Positions 52,401-61,400 of a stretch of 64,000 nucleotides of DNA are shown in pieces. Both the position numbers and the translations under genes were made by a program. Under the pieces are notes generated by a model. That model searched no databases. It saw only the letters and a program-made list of their open reading frames with translations, and had not been told where the DNA came from. This DNA is from Eledone cirrhosa (taxonomy: Eukaryota): the NCBI GenBank assembly GCA_964016885.1, contig OZ024743.1:133982001-134046000 (forward strand), written 5' to 3'. The stretch's first letter is position 1. Every line of letters starts with the position of its first letter.

Positions 52401-55400
52401 TGTTTGGTGTTTGGTGTTTGCTGTTTGGTGTTTGGTGTTTGCTGTTTGCTGTTTGGTGTCTGCTTTTTGGTGTTTGGTGTTTGCTGTATGGTGTTTGCTG
52501 TTTTGGTGTTTGGTGTTTGCTGTTTGGTGTTTGGTCTTTGGTGCTTGGTCTTTGGTGTTTGGTGCTTGGTGCTTGGTGCTTGGTGTTTGGTGTTTGGTGC
52601 TTGGTGTCTGGTGCTTGGTGTTTGGTGTTTGGTGCTTGGTGTTTGGTGTTTGGTGTTTGGTGCTTGGTGCTTGGTGTTTGGTGTTTGGTGCTTGGTGTTT
52701 GGTGTTTGGTGCTTGTTGCTTGGTGCTTGGTGCTTGGTGTTTGGTGCTTGGTGCTTGGTGTTTGGTGCTGGGTGCTGGGTGCTTGGTGTTTGGTGCTTGG
52801 TGCTTGGTGCTTGGTGTTTGGTGCTTGGTGCTTTGTGCTTGGTCTTTGGTGCTTGGTGTTTGCTGTTTGGTGCTTGGTGCTTGGTGCTTGGTGTTTGGTG
52901 CTTGGTGATTAGTGTTTGGTGCTTGGTACTTGGTGTTTGGTGCTTGCTGTTTGGTGTTTGCTGTTTGGTGTTTGGTGTTTGGTGTTTGCTGTTTGGTGTC
53001 TGCTTTTTGGTGTTTGGTGTTTGCTGTATGGTGTCTGCTGTTTCGTGTTTGGTGTTTGCTGTTTGGTGTTTGGTGCTTGGTGCTTGGTGTTTGGTGCTTG
53101 GTGCTTGGTGCTCGGTGGTTGGTGTTTGGTGCTTGGTGTTTGGTGCTGGGTGCTTGGTGTTTGGTGCTTGGTGCTTGGTGTTTGGTGCTTGGTGTTTGGT
53201 GTTTGGTGCTTGGTGCTTGGTGTTTGGTGCTTGGTGCTTGGTGTTTGGTGCTTGGTGCTTAGTGTTTGGTGCTAGGTGCTTGGGGTTTGGTGTTTGGTGC
53301 TTGGTGTTTGGTGCTTGGTGCTTGGTGTTTGGTGTTTGGTGTTCGGTGCTTGGTGCTTGGTATTTGGTGTTTGATGTTTGCTGTTTGGTGTTTGTTGTTT
53401 GGTGTTTGTTGTTTGGTGTTTGCTGTTTGGTGTTTGGTGTTTGGTGTTTGCTGTTTGGTGTCTGCTTTTTGGTGTTTGGTGTTTGCTGTATGTTGTTTGC
53501 TGTTTGGTGTTTGGTGTTTGGTATTTGGTGTTTGGTGCTTGGTGCTTGGTGTTTGGTGCTTGGATCTTGGTGCTTGGTGCCTGGTGTTTGGTGTTTATTG
53601 CTTGTTGCTTGGTGCTTGGTGCTTGGTGTTTGGTGTTTGGTGCTTGGGGTTTGGTGCTGGGTGCTTGGTGTTTGGTGCATGGTGCTTGGTGCTTGGTGTT
53701 TGGTGTTATATGCTTGGTGTTTGATGCTTGGTGCTTGGTGCTTGGTGTTTGGTGTTTGGTGCTTGGTGTTTGATGCTTGGTGTTTGATGCTTGGTGCTTG
53801 GTGCTTGGTGTTTGTTGCTTGGTGCTTGGTGTTTGTACTTGGTGCTTGGTGCTTGGTTCTTGGTGTTTGGTGCTTGGTGCTTGGTGCTTTGTGTTTGGTG
53901 CTTGGTGCCTGCTGCTTGGTGCTTGGTGTTTGGTGTTTGGTGTTTGGTGCTTGGTGTTAGGTGTTTGGTGCTTGGTGCTTGGTGTTTGGTGCTTGGTGCT
54001 TGGTGTTTGGTGTTTGGTGCTTGGTGTTTGGTGCTTGGTACTTGGTGCTTGGTGCTTGGTGTTAGGTGTATGGTGCTTGATGCTTGGTGTTTGGTTTTTG
54101 GTGCTTGGTGCTTGGTGTTTGGTGTTTGGTGCTTGCTGCTGGCTGCTTGGTGCTTGGTGATTGGTGCTTGGTGTTTGGTGCTTGGTGTTTGGTGTTTGGT
54201 GCTAGGTGCTTGGTGCTTGGTGTTTGGTGCTTGGTGCTTGGTGTTTGGTGTTTGGTGTTTGGTGCTTGGTGCTTGGTGTTTGGTGCTTGGTGCTTGGTGC
54301 TGGGTGGTTGGTGTTTGGTGCTTGGTGTTTGGTGCTGGGTGCTTGGTGTTTGGTGCTTGGTGCTTGGTGTTTGGTGCTTGGTGTTTGGTGTTTGGTGCTT
54401 GGTGCTTGGTGTTTGGTGCTTGGTGCTTGGTGTTTGGTGCTTGGTGCTTAGTGTTTGGTGCTAGGTGCTTGGGGTTTGGTGTTTGGTGCTTGGTGTTTGG
54501 TGCTTGGTGCATGGTGTTTGGTGCTGGGTGCTTGGTGTTTGGTGCTTGGTGTTTGGTGCTTGGTGCTTGGTGTTTGGTGTTTGGTGTTTGATGCTTGGTG
54601 CTTGGTGCTTGGTGTTTGGTGCTTGGTGTTTGTACTTGGTGCTTGGTGCTTGGTGTTTTGTGCTTAGTTCTTGGTGTTTGGTGTTTGGTGCTTGGTGCTT
54701 GGTGCTTGGTGTTAGGTGTTTGGTGCTTGGTGCTTGGTGTTTGGTCTTTGGTGCTTGGTGTTTGGTGCTTGGTGCTTGGTGTTTGCTGTTTGGTGCTAGA
54801 TGCTTGGTGCTTGGTGTTTGGTGTTTGGTGTTTGGTGTTTGGTGCTTCGTGCTTGGGGTTTGGTGTTTGGTGCTTGGTGCTTGGTGCTTGGTCTTTGGTG
54901 CTTGGTGCTTGGTGTTTGGTGTTTCGTGTTTGGTGCTTGGTGCTTGGTGTTTGGTGCTTGGTGCTTGGTGCTGGGTGGTTGGTATTTGGTGCTTGGTGCT
55001 TGGTGTTTGGTGCTTGGTGCTTGGTGCTTGGTGTTTGGTGCTTGGTGCTTGGTGCTTGGTCTTTGGTGCTTGGTGTTTGGTGTTTGGTGCTTGGTGCTTC
55101 GTGTTTGGTGTTTGATGCTTGGTGCTTGATGTTTGGTGCTTGGTGCTTGGTGTTTGGTGCTTGGTGCTTGGTGTTTGTACTTGTTGCTTGGTGCTTGATG
55201 TTTGGTGCTTGGTTTTTGGTGCTTGGTGTTTGGTGTTTGCTGTTTGCTGTTTGGTGCTTGGTGTTTGCTGTTTGGTGTTTGTTGTTTGGTGTTTGCTGTT
55301 TGGTGTTTGCTGTTTGGTGTTTGGTGCTTGCTGTTTGGTGCTTGGTGTTTGGTGCTTGGTGCTTAGTGTTTGGTGTTTGGTGCTTGGTGCTTGGGGCTTG

Positions 55401-58400
55401 GTGTTTGGTGCTTGGTGCTTGGTGCTTGGTGCTTGGTGTTTGGTGCATGGTGCTTGGTGCTTGGTGTTTGTCGCTTGGTGCTTGGTGCTTGGTGTTTGGT
55501 GCTTGGTGTTTGGTGTTTGGTGCTTGGTGTTTGGTGTTTGGTGTTTGGTGTTTGAATTTTGCTGTTTGGTGTTTGCTGTTTGCTGTTTGGTGTCTGCTTT
55601 TTGGTGTTTGGTGTTTTCTGTATGGTGTTTGCTGTTTCGTGTTTGGTGTTTGCTGTTTGGTGTTTGCTGTTTGCTGTTTGGTGTTTGGTGCTTGGTGCTT
55701 GGTGCTTGGTGTTTGGTGTTTGGTGCTTGGTGTTTGGTGTTTGGTGCTTGGTGCTTGGATTTTGGTGCTTGGTGCCTGCTGCTTGGTGTTTGGTGTTTGA
55801 TGCTTGGTGCTTGATGCTTGGTGCTTGGTGTTTGGTGCTTGGTGCTTGGTGTTTGTACTTGTTACTTGGTGCTTGGTGTCTGGTGTTTGGTGCTTGGTGT
55901 CTGGTGTTTTGTGCTTGGTGTTTGGTGTTTGGTGCTTGGTGCTTGGTGTTTGGTGTTTGGTGCTTGGTGCTTGGTGTTTGGTGTTTAGTGCTTGGTGTTT
56001 GGTGTTTGGTGCTTGGTGCTTGGTGTTTGTTGCTTGGTACTTGGTGCATGGTGTTTGGTGCTGGGTGCTTGGTGTTTGGTGCTTGGTGCTGGGTGGTTGG
56101 TATTTGGTGCTTGGTGCTTGGTGTTTGGTGCTTGGTGCTTGGTGCTTGGTGTTTGGTGCTTGGTGCTTGGTGTTTGTTGTTTGGTGCTTTCTGCTTGCTG
56201 TTTGGTGTTTGGTGCTTGGTCATTGGTGCTTGGTGTTTGGTGCTTGGTGCTTGGTGTTTGCTGTTTGGTGCTAGATGCTTGGTGCTTGGTGTTTGGTGTT
56301 TGGTGTTTGGTGTTTGGTGCTTCGTGCTTGGGGTTTGGTGTTTGGTGCTTGGTGCTTGGTGCTTGGTCTTTGGTGCTTGGTGCTTGGTGTTTGGTGTTTC
56401 GTGTTTGGTGCTTGGTGCTTGGTGTTTGGTGTTTGGTGCTTGGTGCTTGGTGCTTGGTGTTTGGTGCTTGGTGCTTGGTGCTTGGTCTTTGGTGCTTGGT
56501 GTTTGGTGTTTGGTGCTTGGTGCTTGGTGCTTGGTGTTTGGTGCTTGGTGATTAGTGTTTGGTGCTTGGTGCTTGGGGTTTGGTGTTTGGTGCTTGGTGC
56601 TTGGTGTTTGGTGCTTGGTACTTGGTGTTTGGTGCTTGGTGTTTGGTGTTTGCTGTTTGGTGTTTGGTGTTTGGTGTTTGCTGTTTGGTGTCTGCTTTTT
56701 GGTGTTTGGTGTTTGCTGTATGGTGTTTGCTGTTTCGTGTTTGGTGTTTGCTGTTTGGTGTTTGGTGTTTGCTGTTAGGTGGTTGGTCTTTGGTGCTTGG
56801 TGTTTGGTGCTTGGTGTTTGGTGTTTGGTGCTTGGTGCTTGGTGTTTGGTGTTTGGTGTTTGGTGCTTGGTGCTTGGTGTTTGGTGTTTGGTGCTTGGTG
56901 TTTGGTGTTTGGTGTTTGGTGCTTGGTGTTTGGTGTTTGGTGCCTGGTGTTTGGTGTTTATTGCTTGTTGCTTGGTGCTTGGTGCTTGGTGTTTGGTGTT
57001 TGGTGCTTGGGGTTTGGTGCTGGGTGCTTGGTGTTTGGTGCTTGGTGCTTGGTGCTTGGTGCTTGGTGTTTCGTGTTTGGTGCTGGGTGATTGGTGTTTG
57101 GTGTTTGGTGTTATATGCTTGGTGTTTGATGCTTAGTGCTTGGTGCTTGGTGTTTGGTGTTTGGTGCTTGGTGTTTGCTGCTTGGTGTTTGATGCTTGGT
57201 GCTTGGTACTTGGTGTTTGGTGCTTGGTGCTTGGTGTTTGTACTTGGTGCTTGGTGCTTGGTTCTTGGTGTTTGGTGCTTGGTGCTTGGTGCTTGGTGCT
57301 TTGTGTTTGGTGCTTGGTGTTTGGTGCTTGGTGTTTGGTGCTTGGTGCCTGCTGCTTGGTGCTTGGTGTTTTGTGTTTGGTGTTTGGGGCTTGGTGTTAG
57401 GTGTTTGGTGCTTGGTGCTTGGTGTTTGGTGTTTGGTGCTTGGTGTTTGGTGCTTGGTGCTTGGTGCTTGGTGTTTGGTGTTTGGTGCTTGGTGCTTGGT
57501 GCTTGGTGTTTGGTGTTTGGTGCTTGGTGTTTGGTGTTTGGTGTTTGGTGCTTGGTGTTTGGTGTTTGGTGCCTGGTGTTTGGTGTTTATTGCTTGTTGC
57601 TTGGTGCTTGGTGCTTGGTGTTTGGTGTTTGGTGCTTGGGGTTTGGTGCTGGGTGCTTGGTGTTTGGTGCTTGGTGCTTGGTGCTTGGTGCTTGGTGTTT
57701 CGTGTTTGGTGCTGGGTGCTTGGTGTTTCGTGTTTGGTGTTATATGCTTGGTGTTTGATGCTTAGTGCTTGGTGCTTGGTGTTTGGTGTTTGGTGCTTGG
57801 TGTTTGCTGCTTGGTGTTTGATGCTTGGTGCTTGGTACTTGGTGTTTGGTGCTTGGTGCTTGGTGTTTGTACTTGGTGCTTGGTGCTTGGTTCTTGGTGT
57901 TTGGCGCTTGGTGCTTGGTGCTTGGTGCTTTGTGTTTGGTGCTTGGTGTTTGGTGCTTGGTGTTTGGTGCTTGGTGCCTGTGCTTGGTGCTTGGTGTTTG
58001 GTGTTTGGTGTTTGGGGCTTGGTGTTAGGTGTTTGGTGCTTGGTGCTTGGTGTTTGGTGTTTGGTGCTTGGTGTTTGGTGCTTGGTGCTTGGTGTTTGGT
58101 GTTTGGTGCTTGGTGTTTGGTGCTTGGTACTTGGTGCTTGGTGCTTGGTGTTAGGTGTTTGGTGCTTGGTGCTTGGTGTTTGGTTTTTGGTGCTTGGTGC
58201 TTGGTGTTTGGTGTTTGGTGCTTGCTGCTGGCTGCTTGGTGCTTGGTGATTGGTGCTTGGTGTTTGGTGCTTGGTGTTTGGTGTTTGGTGCTAGGTGCTT
58301 GGTGCTTGGTGTTTGGTGCTTGGTGCTTGGTGTTTGGTGTTTGGTGTTTGGTGCTTGGTGCTTGGTGTTTGGTGCTTGGTGCTTGGTGCTGGGTGGTTGG

Positions 58401-61400
58401 TGTTTGGTGCTTGGTGTTTGGTGCTGGGTGCTTGGTGTTTGGTGCTTGGTGTTTGGTGCTTGGTGTTTGGTGTTTGGTGCTTGGTGCTTGGTGTTTGGTG
58501 CTTGGTTCTTGGTGTTTGGTGCTTGGTGCTTAGTGTTTGGTGCTAGGTGCTTGGGGTTTGGTGTTTGGTGCTTGGTGTTTGGTGCTTGGTGCTTGGTGTT
58601 TGGTGTTTGGTGTTTGGTGCTTGGTGCTTGGTATTTGGTGTTTGCTGTTTGCTGTTTGGTGTTTGTTGTTTGGTGTTTGTTGTTTGGTGTTTGGTGTTTG
58701 CTGTTTGGTGTCTGCTTTTTGGTGTTTGGTGTTTGCTGTATGTTGTTTGCTGTTTGGTGTTTGGTGTTTGGTATTTGGTGTTTGGTGCTTGGTGCTTGGT
58801 GTTTGGTGCTTGGTGCTTGGTGTTTGGTGCCTGGTGCTTGGTGCTTGGTGTTTGGTGTTTGGTGCTTGGTGCTTGGTGCTTGGAGTTTGGTGTTTGGTGC
58901 TTGTTGCTTGGTGTTTTGTGTTTGGTGTTTGGTTTTTGGTGCTTGGTGCTTGGTGCTTGGTCCTTGGTGTTTGATGCTGGGTGCTTTGTGTTTGGTGCTT
59001 GGTGCTTCGTGCTTGGTGTTTGGTGTTTGCTGCTTGGTGTTTGGTGCTTGGTGCTTGGTGTTTGGTGTTTTGAGTTTGGTGCTTGGTGCTTTGTGTTTGG
59101 TGCTTTGTGCTTGGTGCTTGGTGCTTTTACTTGGTGCTTGGTGCTTGGTGTTTGGTTCTTGGTTCTTGGTGTTTGGTACTTGGTGCTTGGTGCTTGGTGT
59201 TTGGTGCTTGGTGTTTGGTGCTTGTTGCTTGGTGTTTGGTGCTTGGTGTTTGGTGTTTGGTGCCTGGTGCTTGGTGTTTGGTGTTTGGTGTTTGGTGTTT
59301 GCTGTTTGGTGTTTGGTGTTTGCTGTTTGCTGTTTGGTGTCTGCTTTTTGGTGTTTGGTGTTTGCTGTATGGTGTTTGCTGTTTTGGTGTTTGGTGTTTG
59401 CTGTTTGGTGTTTGGTCTTTGGTGCTTGGTGTTTGGTGTTTGGTGCTTGGTGCTTGGTGCTTGGTGTTTGGTGTTTGGTGCTTGGTGTCTGGTGCTTGGT
59501 GTTTGGTGTTTGGTGCTTGGTGTTTGGTGTTTGGTGTTTGGTGCTTGGTGCTTGGTGTTTGGTGTTTGGTGCTTGGTGTTTGGTGTTTGGTGCTTGTTGC
59601 TTGGTGCTTGGTGCTTGGTGTTTGGTGCTTGGTGCTTGGTGTTTGGTGCTGGGTGCTGGGTGCTTGGTGTTTGGTGCTTGGTGCTTGGTGCTTGGTGTTT
59701 GGTGCTTGGTGCTTTGTGCTTGGTCTTTGGTGCTTGGTGTTTGCTGTTTGGTGCTTGGTGCTTGGTGCTTGGTGTTTGGTGCTTGGTGATTAGTGTTTGG
59801 TGCTTGGTACTTGGTGTTTGGTGCTTGCTGTTTGGTGTTTGCTGTTTGGTGTTTGGTGTTTGGTGTTTGCTGTTTGGTGTCTGCTTTTTGGTGTTTGGTG
59901 TTTGCTGTATGGTGTCTGCTGTTTCGTGTTTGGTGTTTGCTGTTTGGTGTTTGGTGCTTGGTGCTTGGTGTTTGGTGCTTGGTGCTTGGTGCTCGGTGGT
60001 TGGTGTTTGGTGCTTGGTGTTTGGTGCTGGGTGCTTGGTGTTTGGTGCTTGGTGCTTGGTGTTTGGTGCTTGGTGTTTGGTGTTTGGTGCTTGGTGCTTG
60101 GTGTTTGGTGCTTGGTGCTTGGTGTTTGGTGCTTGGTGCTTAGTGTTTGGTGCTAGGTGCTTGGGGTTTGGTGTTTGGTGCTTGGTGTTTGGTGCTTGGT
60201 GCTTGGTGTTTGGTGTTTGGTGTTCGGTGCTTGGTGCTTGGTATTTGGTGTTTGATGTTTGCTGTTTGGTGTTTGTTGTTTGGTGTTTGTTGTTTGGTGT
60301 TTGCTGTTTGGTGTTTGGTGTTTGGTGTTTGCTGTTTGGTGTCTGCTTTTTGGTGTTTGGTGTTTGCTGTATGTTGTTTGCTGTTTGGTGTTTGGTGTTT
60401 GGTATTTGGTGTTTGGTGCTTGGTGCTTGGTGTTTGGTGCTTGGATCTTGGTGCTTGGTGCCTGGTGTTTGGTGTTTATTGCTTGTTGCTTGGTGCTTGG
60501 TGCTTGGTGTTTGGTGTTTGGTGCTTGGGGTTTGGTGCTGGGTGCTTGGTGTTTGGTGCATGGTGCTTGGTGCTTGGTGTTTGGTGTTATATGCTTGGTG
60601 TTTGATGCTTGGTGCTTGGTGCTTGGTGTTTGGTGTTTGGTGCTTGGTGTTTGATGCTTGGTGTTTGATGCTTGGTGCTTGGTGCTTGGTGTTTGTTGCT
60701 TGGTGCTTGGTGTTTGTACTTGGTGCTTGGTGCTTGGTTCTTGGTGTTTGGTGCTTGGTGCTTGGTGCTTTGTGTTTGGTGCTTGGTGCCTGTTGCTTGG
60801 TGCTTGGTGTTTGGTGTTTGGTGTTTGGTGCTTGGTGTTAGGTGTTTGGTGCTTGGTGTTTGGTGCTGGGTGCTTGGTGTTTGGTGCTTGGTGTTTGGTG
60901 CTTGGTGTTTGGTGTTTGGTGCTTGGTGCTTGGTGTTTGGTGCTTGGTTCTTGGTGTTTGGTGCTTGGTGCTTAGTGTTTGGTGCTAGGTGCTTGGGGTT
61001 TGGTGTTTGGTGCTTGGTGTTTGGTGCTTGGTGCTTGGTGTTTGGTGTTTGGTGTTTGGTGCTTGGTGCTTGGTATTTGGTGTTTGCTGTTTGCTGTTTG
61101 GTGTTTGTTGTTTGGTGTTTGTTGTTTGGTGTTTGGTGTTTGCTGTTTGGTGTCTGCTTTTTGGTGTTTGGTGTTTGCTGTATGTTGTTTGCTGTTTGGT
61201 GTTTGGTGTTTGGTATTTCGTGTTTGGTGCTTGGTGCTTGGTGTTTGGTGCTTGGTGCTTGGTGTTTGGTGCCTGGTGCTTGGTGCTTGGTGTTTGGTGT
61301 TTGGTGCTTGGTGCTTGGTGCTTGGAGTTTGGTGTTTGGTGCTTGTTGCTTGGTGTTTTGTGTTTGGTGCTTTGTGTTTGGTGCTTGGTGCTTCGTGCTT

